Source: Vulcanimicrobiota bacterium (GTDB lineage: Bacteria; Vulcanimicrobiota; Vulcanimicrobiia; Vulcanimicrobiales; Vulcanimicrobiaceae). Taken from it: 64,000 bases of DNA. A program made the translations under genes and the position numbers. This document shows positions 1-9,324 of the stretch, one piece after another. How positions within the stretch are numbered: the stretch's first letter is position 1; the number at the start of each line of letters is the position of its first letter. The notes under the pieces are model-generated. The model had not been told where the DNA came from and searched no databases. It worked only from the letters and a program-made list of their open reading frames with translations. The stretch lies in the NCBI GenBank assembly GCA_963714015.1, contig OY970223.1, positions 3,488,001-3,552,000 of the forward strand. The letters run 5' to 3'.

Positions 1-1106
1 CCGGAACCGGTAGGCTGCGGCATCGCGAACTGCAGCTGAATCGCGGCTTGCGCGTTGGAAACGTTTCCGGCGCTCGTGCCGGAATGCGAATTCAGGCACG
101 CCGTTCCGGAACGTCACGCTCAAGAAGACCGCAATGTATGCCGGATTCGACGGGGCGCTTGTCGTCCATCCGCTGCTGCCGTTCGCCGACGTCGTGTAAT
201 AGATCGTCGCGCTGACTCCGCTGGACGGGAAGCCGTTCGTGCCGGCCGTATAGGTAATGCGTCGGCGTTCCCACCAAACTCGGCGGGGTTGCACCGAACA
301 CCGGCAGCTTGTCGACGATTGCCAAGCAGCCTTTAGTCGGGAAGCCCATCGCCGTTACGGAGTTGAGCTGCTGCGAGGAGAACGCGCCGCCGTTGTTCGC
401 ATTGACGGTATAGGTGATGTTGTACGGCGACGATCCCGCCCTGAGAAGACGTCTTCTGCACGTCCATGCGGGCATCGCTTTGTACGGTATCATTGTAAGT
501 GTTCGAAATCGCTGCGGACGTTACGGCGCCGGCGGAACCTGCGGCGGCGTACGCGACGGTGGCCTTCAGCTGCGTCGTGACCGTGCCGGGGACGTTTGCC
601 GGGCTCGACGACAACGTGTACTGCACTTGAACCGTAATCGAGCTGCCGCTGGCAGTCGCGGATGCTGAAGCCAAGGCTGTATTGAGCGCCGCGACGGTCG
701 AGTACGTCGTACTGTTGTAAACGAACTGAACGCTGCTCGTATTGCCGTTGTCGTTACCGCTGCCCTCAACGCCGTTGTCCGACGCGCCGGTCGTGAGCCC
801 AAAATTGCCGGCCGCATTGCCGGTATTGGTAAGGGTGTAGGTGTCGGTTACGACCTGACCCGGAGCAATCGTTTGCGAGCCTGCCGAGGAGCCGTTGTTG
901 GTCGTAACGGTGAGCGACGGGGCATTCTGGACGATCGTCGTGACCGTGTTGGACTCCGTCGTGTAGGAGTTTCCGTTCGCGTCTTTGTACGTCGCGCTCG
1001 CGGTATTTTGAATGCTGGTGTTCGGAGGCGTCTCCGAAGCGTGCGCGTATAGCGCCGGCGATGCCAGCGCCGCAAAAAACACTATCGAGAGGAGCGCGCG
1101 CTTCAC
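1..1106 (-). CDS. Large secreted/surface beta-rich protein with DUF11-like repeats; runs off the window edge; three apparent +1 frameshifts (~440, ~259, ~111)
   Basis: Signal peptide MKRALLSIVFFAALASPALYAHA and Ser/Thr/Asn/Gly-rich strands (IQNTASATYKD, PGQVVTDTYTLTNTGN). Removing single bases rejoins MDVQKTSSQ/AGSSPYNITYTVNANNGG...GTPT/ITYTAGTNGFPSSG...AVFLSVT/SGTACLNSHSG...QLQFAMPQP in the same style. Confidence 0.7.
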
Positions 1107-1604
1107 TTGACGCGCACCTCGTAGCTGTAGCGAGTCGCGTGCTTGGGCGCGAGCGCGCGCTGCGCCGTCCAGCGTATGGCGACGTATTGTTCCGGCGGCG
1201 CCGGTTTCTCAACCGGTCCGCGGCTCGTGTTGACGACGATCGTCGGGTGCGTCGAAAAGCGCTTGCCGTCGAGCGAAAATTCCACGAGCGCTCCCTGCCC
1301 GAAGGCAGTTCCCCCGACGTATTCGGTGCGTTGCGGTACGGGGCCGACCGTGCTCAATGCTACCGCGGGCTTTGCCCCCGCGTTGGAAGCGACGATCGTA
1401 TAACGAACGAGGTCGCCTTTCTTGAGAACCGCCTTTTGCACCGGCGTGGCGACGGTTTTTCCGTCCGATATCGCCAGTAAGTCGCCGCTGAGCTGCAGTT
1501 TTACCGCAGGGCGCGGTGGTGCGCTTTGCGGAGCTTGCGAATACCGGTGAAGCAGCAGACAGCAAAAAAGCCGACGTCAATAAAAGCGGGCGTCCGAGAA
1601 CCAT
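1103..1604 (-). CDS. Secreted DUF11-domain protein (one +1 frameshift near 1520)
   Basis: Signal peptide in ORF 1209-1604 joins the frame of ORF 1103-1441 (PAVKLQLSGDLL...LKKGDLVRYTIVASNAG...VPQRTEYV...IRW...YEVRVK). SD-like AAGGA upstream; stop overlaps the next start. Confidence 0.7.
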
Positions 1605-1724
1605 ACACTATCCTTTTCATCCGACGGACAGCACACCCGGGCGTCGTTAACTCAATCTAGTATCGGATAGCGTTTCGTTCGACCAGAGCTCCATACGAAT
1701 ACTTTATACAAACACTTAACGCCG

Positions 1725-1754
1725 CCTAAACAAAAGAGCCCACATGGGCTCTTT
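1725..1754 (-). terminator. Intrinsic terminator of the nuo operon
   Basis: Stem AAAGAGCCC (1733-1741)/GGGCTCTTT (1746-1754), 4-nt loop, ending in TTTTGTTT on the minus strand, ~30 bp after the nuoN stop. Confidence 0.75.
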
Positions 1755-1781
1755 GTCTGTTTACGCTTCTTGACGTTTCCG

Positions 1782-3209
1782 CTACTTGACTAACGGCAGA
1801 ACGTTGCTCGGGGTAAACGGATAGAACGTCATCACGATAACGAAAACGAGGCAGATCCCAAGCGTAACGTAGGCCAGCGGGGCTTTCCCGTAAACGCCGG
1901 AGTGCGGCTTGGCATGCGGTTCATACATGAGTCGAATGACTTTGAAATAAGCGTAGAGCGAGATCGCCGTACCCGCTACGAGCAGCCCCGCAAGCCACGC
2001 GTAACCGGTGCCGACGTTCGTCGAGAGAATCAGGATCTTCCCGAGAAATCCGGCGGTCGGCGGAAAGCCCGCAAGCGCGAGCAAGAAAAACGTCATTGCC
2101 GCGGCAAGGAAGGGGCGACGGTGGCCGAGGCCGGTGAACGATACGATGCGCGAACCTTCTTCGTTATCGGTCGAACAAAGCGCTACGACCGCAAATGCGC
2201 CTAAATTCATGAACGTGTACGCAACGAGATAATATATCGCGTAGCGAACGCCCAGCGCACTGCTCCCGGCGAGTGCGGCGACGACGTAGCCGATCTGCGC
2301 GATGCCGGAATACGCAAGCAGACGTTTCATGTCGGTCTGCGCGAGCATGCCCAGATTACCGGCGACCATCGATATGCCGGCAACGATGAAGAACGGAATG
2401 AGCAGTCCGTGCGCCGATGCCCCCGGAACGGCATAAGCAAAACGCGCGAAGACTGCGAGCGTCCCGGCTTTCGTAACGACGCTCATGAAGGCGGTAACGG
2501 GAAGGGGCGCGCCTTCGTAGACGTCCGGCGCCCAGACGTGGAACGGAACCAAACTCAATTTGAACGCCAGCCCGATCAAAAACAAGCCGCCGCCGATCCA
2601 GAAAAGCGGATTGTAGTTCAAAGCCGGAGCGGTGAGGGCGGCCAGCGCCACGCTGCCCGTGGCGCCGAAGAGCAGCGCCATGCCGAAAAGCAAGAATCCG
2701 GAAGCGGTCGAGCTGAGAATCAAATACTTGAGCGCAGATTCCCGCGAAGCCGGACGATCGGCCAGTCCGCACAGACAGTACAGTGCTAGCGAGAGCAGCT
2801 CCAGGCCCAGGAAGATCGTCATCAAATTCGCGGCGCCGGCCATGAGCATCGCACCCGACGTGCTCCACAGCATCAGCGCGACGGCGCCGGCGACGCGATC
2901 TTCGCGCCCGATCGCACCGTAGAGGACCAGTGAAAAGATAGCCGCGATGATGATGATCTCTTCAAAGACTACCGCGAAACCGCCGAGCACGAAACCGCCG
3001 ACGAACGCGTTGTAATTTTGACCGTAACTCGTCGCGGCCCAAATGCCGGCGGCAATCAAACCGGCCACGGCAATCGAAATCGAAACGTAGCGCTTGGCGT
3101 GAGAACGCGCGATCAAATCGGCAAGCAGTACGATGAGCGCTGCCCCGCCCGCGATGAAGAGCGGCGCCACCGCGTTGAGATCGAGATTGCCGTACGGATA
3201 AGCGATCAT
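1782..3209 (-). CDS. nuoN: NADH-quinone oxidoreductase subunit N
   Basis: Motifs GLELLSLALY, ESALKY, FKLSLVPFHVWAPDVYEGAP, KRLLAYS. ATG 3209 overlaps the nuoM TGA (ATGA). Confidence 0.95.
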   Translation of the reverse strand: MIAYPYGNLDLNAVAPLFIAGGAALIVLLADLIARSHAKRYVSISIAVAGLIAAGIWAATSYGQNYNAFVGGFVLGGFAVVFEEIIIIAAIFSLVLYGAIGREDRVAGAVALMLWSTSGAMLMAGAANLMTIFLGLELLSLALYCLCGLADRPASRESALKYLILSSTASGFLLFGMALLFGATGSVALAALTAPALNYNPLFWIGGGLFLIGLAFKLSLVPFHVWAPDVYEGAPLPVTAFMSVVTKAGTLAVFARFAYAVPGASAHGLLIPFFIVAGISMVAGNLGMLAQTDMKRLLAYSGIAQIGYVVAALAGSSALGVRYAIYYLVAYTFMNLGAFAVVALCSTDNEEGSRIVSFTGLGHRRPFLAAAMTFFLLALAGFPPTAGFLGKILILSTNVGTGYAWLAGLLVAGTAISLYAYFKVIRLMYEPHAKPHSGVYGKAPLAYVTLGICLVFVIVMTFYPFTPSNVLPLVK

Positions 3210-4720
3210 TGTGAACGGCGCTCCGATCCCGGCTCCGCGCCCCCCACGCTGAGCCGTGGGGCCCCCAATGCCGCATGGCGCGCAACGATTCTGCCTAACG
3301 AATATCTCCCCGACGTCGCCGGTGAGATTTGCGCTATCGTCCTTGCCCGCGCAAGACTCGAGAGAACCGCGTGCGGATAGCACCCCAGGATGAGGAGTGC
3401 CGCCAGCAACGGCGCGATCGCCAGACCTTCGGTCCAAGTCAGGTCGGCACGCTGCGGAATGTCTTCGATGACCGGTCCGTTGATGACGTCTTGAAGCAGA
3501 CGCAGCATGTACGCCGAGGCCAAGATGATTGGTATTAGGGCGACGAGAGCCGGCCAGAACAAGCCGGCGCGAAAGACTCCGGTCAATATGATCAGCTCGC
3601 CGACGAATCCGGCGAGGCCCGGGAGTCCCAGAGCCGCAAGGGCGGCGATTGTAAAGGCTCCTGCCAGCCGCGGATTCCCAGCCCCCATGCCCCCGAGACG
3701 CTTGAGCGAACGAGTTCCTTCACGCTGCTCGATAAATCCTAATATAAGGAAGAGCGCCGCGCTGAACAGTCCATGCGCGACGATATACACCGCCACACCC
3801 GCCATCGCCGCCGGATCGAAGCTGAAGATACCCAAAAGAATCAACCCAAGATGCGAGAGCGAGGAGTACGCCACGACGCGCTTGGAGTCGCTCTGAACGA
3901 GCGCGATGTATGCGCCGTAGAACAGCGACGCGAGCGCGAGCGCGATGAAAACCCACCGCGACTCCCGCATGGCGCTCTGTAAGAACGGCAAGCAAATAAC
4001 CAAGAAACCGTACAAGCCGGCCTTGGACTGCACGGCGCTGACAACGCTCACCATCGGTGGAGGCGAGTCGGCGTACGTTGCCGGCATCCAAGTGTGCAGC
4101 GGAAAGACCGGAGTTTTCACGGCGAAGGCAAACGCGAAAGCCGCAAAGATCCAGGGAGCCCACGAACCCGCAAGTTGATGAGTGCTTCCGATGACGTCCG
4201 TCGTTCCGTAGAGAACGCCGAACGCGGCCGTCGCGAGCAGCAACAGCAAGCCGCCCGAAAAATTGTAAATCAGGTAGCGCCACGCGGTTTCGCGGTGTCC
4301 GCCCCAGCCCACGAGCGCAAAGAACGGCGGAAGCAGCATCAGGTCCCAGAAGAGCGCAAAAGCCAGAACGTCGCGGGCGAGAAATACGCCCATCATCGAT
4401 CCTTCCAGCATGAGCAGCAGCGCGATCATCGTCCTGGGGCGCGGCATGCTCGTTGCGAGAATTGCACAGAAAGTGCAAAGCGCAAGCAGGAGTGCGATCC
4501 AGAACGCCAGGCCGCTCCATGCGAAATGGAACGAAGCCGCGAAGGGTCGCGAGAGCCAGCGAACGGCGAAACTTCCATCCGAACCAGCGGCGAGCGGGAG
4601 CAAAAACGTAATTGCCGCAACGATGCACCCCGCGGCGCGGCAGATGCGCTTCTCGTCGCGCGGCAGGAAAAACAGCGCTGCGCCCGCGAGGATCGGCAAT
4701 ACGATGAGGACCAGCGACAT
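3206..4720 (-). CDS. nuoM: NADH-quinone oxidoreductase subunit M
   Basis: AFAVKTPVFPLHTWMP, KRVVAYSSLSHLG, LGLPGLAGFVGE. Start 4720 in a TGATG overlap with nuoL. Confidence 0.95.
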   Translation of the reverse strand: MSLVLIVLPILAGAALFFLPRDEKRICRAAGCIVAAITFLLPLAAGSDGSFAVRWLSRPFAASFHFAWSGLAFWIALLLALCTFCAILATSMPRPRTMIALLLMLEGSMMGVFLARDVLAFALFWDLMLLPPFFALVGWGGHRETAWRYLIYNFSGGLLLLLATAAFGVLYGTTDVIGSTHQLAGSWAPWIFAAFAFAFAVKTPVFPLHTWMPATYADSPPPMVSVVSAVQSKAGLYGFLVICLPFLQSAMRESRWVFIALALASLFYGAYIALVQSDSKRVVAYSSLSHLGLILLGIFSFDPAAMAGVAVYIVAHGLFSAALFLILGFIEQREGTRSLKRLGGMGAGNPRLAGAFTIAALAALGLPGLAGFVGELIILTGVFRAGLFWPALVALIPIILASAYMLRLLQDVINGPVIEDIPQRADLTWTEGLAIAPLLAALLILGCYPHAVLSSLARARTIAQISPATSGRYSLGRIVARHAALGAPRLSVGGAEPGSERRSQ

Positions 4721-6738
4721 CAGCGCGAACCTCCGGCAAGCGCGTAATAGACCGCAAAGCATGCAGCTCCCGCTACCACGATGAACGCGTACGCGCGCAG
4801 AAGTCCGGTTTGAAAGCTGCGGACCAGCGCCGAGAGGAAACGATTGGTGATCACGACTTCGCGCACGGCGCCGTCGACGAGATGCGGATCGAACCAATCG
4901 CCGAACCAACGTCCAACGGCCTGCGCCGGCCGGACGAACAGCACCCCGAGCAAATCGTCGAAGTAGTAAAGCCGAACCAGTATGCGAGGCAGGGTCTGGG
5001 TTTCGCGACGCAGCCGTGCAGGCGCGTCTCGGAGCGCTTCGGGCGTCATGTAACGCGCGAAAGCAACGCCTAACCCAATGAGGAGCATGACGATCGCGAT
5101 GGCGGTCGTCATGGCTTCGCTGGGCGCCATGTGCGGCAACGGTTCATTCGGAAAGGAGCGGGCGAAGAATTGCGCCCAAGGCGAGCTCGGACCGATCATA
5201 ATGTAGCCCGCCGCGAACGAGAAGAACCCCAAGATTGCAACGGGCAGGGCCATGATCCAGGCCGGCGCGTGCGCATCATCTCGGTGCTCGGGTCCGCCCG
5301 CGGCGTGCGGATCGACTCTGTGCTGCTTCGCGGCGCCGCTCGAACTCATGGCGCCCGGCGTGGCTGTTCCGGACGTAATCCCCAAGTCCGCAGGATTCAT
5401 CTCGCCGCGGTACGTTCCGTAGAACGTGACGAAGAACAGGCGGAACATGTAATACGCGGTGATGCCGGCCGTGATCAGGCCGACGGCCCACATCCACGTG
5501 TACCCGTGTTCGAGCGCGCCGTAGATGACTTGATCCTTGCTGAAGTAGCCGGCAAATCCGGGGAAACCGCTGATTGCCAGCACTGCCGCAAACATCGCCC
5601 AAAACGCAACGGGCGTGCGCTTGCGCATACCGCCCATGAGCCGGATGTCTTGCTCGTCGGCCAGCTCGTGAATGATGATGCCCGATCCGAGGAACAAGCA
5701 CGCTTTGAAGAACGCGTGCGTAAAGAAATGCGCGACGCCGGCGGTGTATGCGCCTACGCCGACGCCCATGATCATATAGCCGATCTGCGACATCGTCGAA
5801 TAGGCCAGAATCCGTTTGATGTCCCATTGCGCGGTGCCGAGAAGCGCGCCGGCGAGCGCGGTCAAGGCGCCGACCGCTCCGGCGAGCGTCTGCGCGTCGT
5901 GCGAGGCGCTCCAGAGCGGAGCGCAGCGGGCAATCAAATACACGCCGGCCGTAACCATAGTAGCCGCGTGAATCAACGCGGAAACGGGGGTCGGACCTTC
6001 CATCGCATCGGGAAGCCACGTATGGAGCGGAAGCTGCGCCGACTTGGCGGCCGCGCCGACGAAGAGGAACGCGCACGTCCAGAACAACCACGGATCCAGC
6101 GCGTGCGGATTGGCAAAAACGTCCGCGAACGAAATCGATCCGACGCGCGCGACGATGATGAAGATCGCGAACATAATGCCGACGTCGCCGACCACGTTGA
6201 TGACGAACGCCTTTCGCGCCGCCGCGACGGCCGAGGGCTTGAAGAACCAGAAGCCGATCAGAAAATACGAAGCAAGTCCAACCAGACCCCAGCCGACGAG
6301 CAGTCCGACGAAGTTGTCGGAGAGGACCAGCGTGAGCATCGCGAAGACGAAGAAATTCATGTACGCGAAGAAGCGCGCAATCGCGCTGTCGGACCACATG
6401 TAGCCGATCGAGTACGCATGGATCAAAAACCCGACGCCCGTGATGATCAGCGCCCAGATCAGCGAGAGCGGATCGAACAGCAGCCCGAAGTTGAATCCGG
6501 GCATCCAAGTGAAGAGTTGTTGATGCGCGCCAAGCTGCGAGTCGCTGCTCTGCACGGCGCTTCCCCATGCAGCCAGCGTCGCGATAAAGGACGCGCCGAG
6601 CACGGCGGTTCCGAGCCAAGCGCTCCCGCGCTTGAGCTGCGGCCCAAAGGCCCAATTTGCGATCGCTCCGGCAAGCGGCAACAGCCAGATGATGAACAGC
6701 ACCGGATACGTACCGTCGATTCCCATCTGATGAGTCAT
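4720..6738 (-). CDS. nuoL: NADH-quinone oxidoreductase subunit L
   Basis: KSAQLPLHTWLPDAMEGPTPVSALIHAATMVTAGVYL, HAFFKACLFL. Confidence 0.96.
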   Translation of the reverse strand: MTHQMGIDGTYPVLFIIWLLPLAGAIANWAFGPQLKRGSAWLGTAVLGASFIATLAAWGSAVQSSDSQLGAHQQLFTWMPGFNFGLLFDPLSLIWALIITGVGFLIHAYSIGYMWSDSAIARFFAYMNFFVFAMLTLVLSDNFVGLLVGWGLVGLASYFLIGFWFFKPSAVAAARKAFVINVVGDVGIMFAIFIIVARVGSISFADVFANPHALDPWLFWTCAFLFVGAAAKSAQLPLHTWLPDAMEGPTPVSALIHAATMVTAGVYLIARCAPLWSASHDAQTLAGAVGALTALAGALLGTAQWDIKRILAYSTMSQIGYMIMGVGVGAYTAGVAHFFTHAFFKACLFLGSGIIIHELADEQDIRLMGGMRKRTPVAFWAMFAAVLAISGFPGFAGYFSKDQVIYGALEHGYTWMWAVGLITAGITAYYMFRLFFVTFYGTYRGEMNPADLGITSGTATPGAMSSSGAAKQHRVDPHAAGGPEHRDDAHAPAWIMALPVAILGFFSFAAGYIMIGPSSPWAQFFARSFPNEPLPHMAPSEAMTTAIAIVMLLIGLGVAFARYMTPEALRDAPARLRRETQTLPRILVRLYYFDDLLGVLFVRPAQAVGRWFGDWFDPHLVDGAVREVVITNRFLSALVRSFQTGLLRAYAFIVVAGAACFAVYYALAGGSR

Positions 6739-6775
6739 CCCGTCTCACCCATTCGTTCATACCGTGGCAAGGCTT

Positions 6776-7096
6776 TCATCCTTTCAACAATGCCACTTCA
6801 TCAACATCGACATTGACGCGGTTGCGGAACACGACGACGACGATGGCAAGACCGATAGCGGCCTCCGCGGCGGCGACAGTGATCACGAGGAAAGCAAAAA
6901 TGTGGCCGGCGTTGTTCAGCCACGCGCGCGCGAACGCGAGGAAGAGCAGGTTTGCGGCATTCCACATCAGCTCGATGCTCATCAGCATGATGAGCGGATT
7001 CCGTTTGAGCAGTACGCCGGCAACGCCGATTGCGAAAATCACAAAGGAAAGGCTGATGTAGTTTAGGAGCGGCACGGGAAGCAAGGATGCATGCAT
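6776..7096 (-). CDS. nuoK: NADH-quinone oxidoreductase subunit K
   Basis: RNPLIMLMSIELM, VAAAEAAIGLAIVV. Confidence 0.95.
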   Translation of the reverse strand: MHASLLPVPLLNYISLSFVIFAIGVAGVLLKRNPLIMLMSIELMWNAANLLFLAFARAWLNNAGHIFAFLVITVAAAEAAIGLAIVVVVFRNRVNVDVDEVALLKG

Positions 7097-7099
7097 GCG

Positions 7100-7705
7100 C
7101 TACTCCTCGCCGGCCCGGAGGATTGCCTCGCGCATGTCTTGCTCGACGATTCGCGCTCGCTTTCTGGTCGGAACGTACGGCGTCGCGTCTCCGGCGAGCA
7201 GGATGACGCCGATGACGGCGACCATCAGGATGAAAGCGGTGATCTCGAATGGGAGCAAATTGGTCGTGAACAGCGCGCGGCCGAAATCGGCGACCGAACC
7301 GAAGACGTTCGCCGCACCTACGGGTCCCGCCAAAGACGCCGGCGCTGCCGCAGCCGGAACCGGTACGGGCATTCGCGCCGCGGCGTAGACCAGAAACGCC
7401 AAAATCACGGCTACGCAAAGTGCGGCGGGGATTGCAATCTTCGGCAGACGGTCGGGCCCTTGGGTGAGCGGCGCCACGCCGCTCGAGAGCAGCGCGATGA
7501 CGAACAAGAACAGCATCAAAATCGCGCCGCTGTACACGATGATTTGGATGACGGCCAAAAACTCCGCCGCAAGCGAAAAATACATGATCGCGAGCGCCGC
7601 AAAATTGATCAGCAGCCCTACGACGCTGTAAATCGGCTTTGGCGCCGTCACAACGAAAACAGCACTGAGGATCAGAATCAGGGCCAGAATTGCGAAAAGG
7701 ATCAT
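7100..7705 (-). CDS. nuoJ: NADH-quinone oxidoreductase subunit J
   Basis: [33 protein letters not shown] 7705 overlaps the nuoI stop. Confidence 0.93.
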   Translation of the reverse strand: MILFAILALILILSAVFVVTAPKPIYSVVGLLINFAALAIMYFSLAAEFLAVIQIIVYSGAILMLFLFVIALLSSGVAPLTQGPDRLPKIAIPAALCVAVILAFLVYAAARMPVPVPAAAAPASLAGPVGAANVFGSVADFGRALFTTNLLPFEITAFILMVAVIGVILLAGDATPYVPTRKRARIVEQDMREAILRAGEE

Positions 7706-8310
7706 TCTGCGAGGCCCTTGTTTTCCGTCTTCAGCACTTGGCCGCGCCACGTAGCGTCGTAGCCGGACTGCCACTCGGCCGTCGATTTGATTTCAGCGAC
7801 TCGTCCCAAGTCCGAAGGAATGCCGTTGGGGCGGTCGTCGGGTGCCGCGCCGACGCCCGCATCCGGCGGAACCAAGAGACGCTCCTTTGCGTAGATCAAC
7901 GATCCCCGGCGCAGATCCGACATCTCGAAGCGCGGCGTGAGCACGATGGCGTCGGTCGGACACGCCTCTTCGCACATTCCGCAAAAGATGCAGCGCAGCT
8001 CGTCGATCTCGTAGCGCTGCGCGTGGCGCTCGCCCGGTGAAATTCGCAGTTCGGGCGTGTTTTCGGCACCGATGACCGTGATGGCGTTCGCGGGACAGAC
8101 GCTCGAACAAAGTTCGCAGCCGATGCACCGCTCTTTACCGTCCGCATAGCGGCGCAGTTCGTGCAATCCGTGGAACCGCGGCGCGTGCTTCTTCTTCTCC
8201 GACGGATATTGGATCGTCGGCTTCTTATGGAACATGTACTTGAAGGTTACGCTCAGCCCCGCGATGAGCGCGCCGACATTGTAAAGTTTCTTGCGAGAGG
8301 TTTTCGCCAT
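7702..8310 (-). CDS. nuoI: NADH-quinone oxidoreductase subunit I
   Basis: Two 4Fe-4S motifs, [12 protein letters not shown] and [12 protein letters not shown]. Confidence 0.96.
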   Translation of the reverse strand: MAKTSRKKLYNVGALIAGLSVTFKYMFHKKPTIQYPSEKKKHAPRFHGLHELRRYADGKERCIGCELCSSVCPANAITVIGAENTPELRISPGERHAQRYEIDELRCIFCGMCEEACPTDAIVLTPRFEMSDLRRGSLIYAKERLLVPPDAGVGAAPDDRPNGIPSDLGRVAEIKSTAEWQSGYDATWRGQVLKTENKGLAE

Positions 8311-8316
8311 CGCGTC

Positions 8317-9324
8317 CTATCCTCTGACCGCGACCACGACGGCCGTTACGACGAGGTTCAACGTTGCGACCGGAAGCAGCACTTTCCAGCCGAACGCCAT
8401 GAGCCGGTCGTACCGGAAACGCGGAAAGGTCGAGCGAAGCCAAATATAAACGAACATGAACAACCCGACTTTGAGCAAGAACCAGACGATTCCGGGAATG
8501 AAGGTGAGGTGGAGCGGCGCGTTCCAGCCGCCCAGGAACAGCAGTGTTGCGATGCACGAAACGGTCAGCATGTTGATGTATTCGGCGATGAAGAACAATC
8601 CGAAACGCAGCCCCGAATACTCCGTGTTGAAGCCGCCGACGAGTTCGGCGTCCGCTTCGACGAGATCGAACGGCGCGCGGTTCGTCTCGGCGATGGCGGT
8701 AATGATGTAAATGAGGAAGCCCACGATTTGCGGCAGGATGAACCACCATTGCGCCTGCGCGTTGACGATGCCGACGAGCGAGGTCGTTCCGGCAAGGATC
8801 AGCACGCCGATCAGCGACATCGACATCGCCAGTTCGTAGCTGATCATCTGCGCCGTCGCGCGCACGCTGCCGAGGAGCGGATACTTCGAGCCCGAGGCCC
8901 ACCCGCCCAGCGAAATGCCGTAGACGCCGATCGAAGTCAGCGCCAAGATAAAAAGAATCCCGGCATTCACGTCGCCGATGGCCCAAATGTTGCCCGGCGC
9001 GGGTTCGGAAAACGGAATAACCGCGTATACCGAGAGTGCCGTCACGAGCGAGATGAACGGCGCCAGCCGGTAGATCAACGGGTCCGCCGTCTTTGGGGTG
9101 AGATCTTCTTTGAGGATCAGCTTCACCGCGTCGACGGCCGGTTGCAGCAATCCCCAAGGCCCGACGCGGTTCGGTCCCGGCCGCATCTGCATCCAACCCA
9201 TGACTTTGCGCTCCGCCAGCATCGCGTACGCAAACGTCGTAATGACGACCAGGAGCAACACCGCGCACTTGACCACGATCACCCACCATACCGTCGCGGC
9301 CGGCGTCCACCATGCGCCGCTCAT
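8317..9324 (-). CDS. nuoH: NADH-quinone oxidoreductase subunit H
   Basis: ERKVMGWMQMRPGPNRVGPWG, AETNRAPFDLVEADAELVGGFNTEYSG. Confidence 0.96.
   Translation of the reverse strand: MSGAWWTPAATVWWVIVVKCAVLLLVVITTFAYAMLAERKVMGWMQMRPGPNRVGPWGLLQPAVDAVKLILKEDLTPKTADPLIYRLAPFISLVTALSVYAVIPFSEPAPGNIWAIGDVNAGILFILALTSIGVYGISLGGWASGSKYPLLGSVRATAQMISYELAMSMSLIGVLILAGTTSLVGIVNAQAQWWFILPQIVGFLIYIITAIAETNRAPFDLVEADAELVGGFNTEYSGLRFGLFFIAEYINMLTVSCIATLLFLGGWNAPLHLTFIPGIVWFLLKVGLFMFVYIWLRSTFPRFRYDRLMAFGWKVLLPVATLNLVVTAVVVAVRG

Noticed and set aside
3210..3437. N-terminal extensions of nuoN (and similarly nuoM, nuoJ, nuoE, nuoD) in the ORF track
   Set aside because: Internal ATGs at ATGA/TGATG overlaps or with an SD give normal-length subunits.
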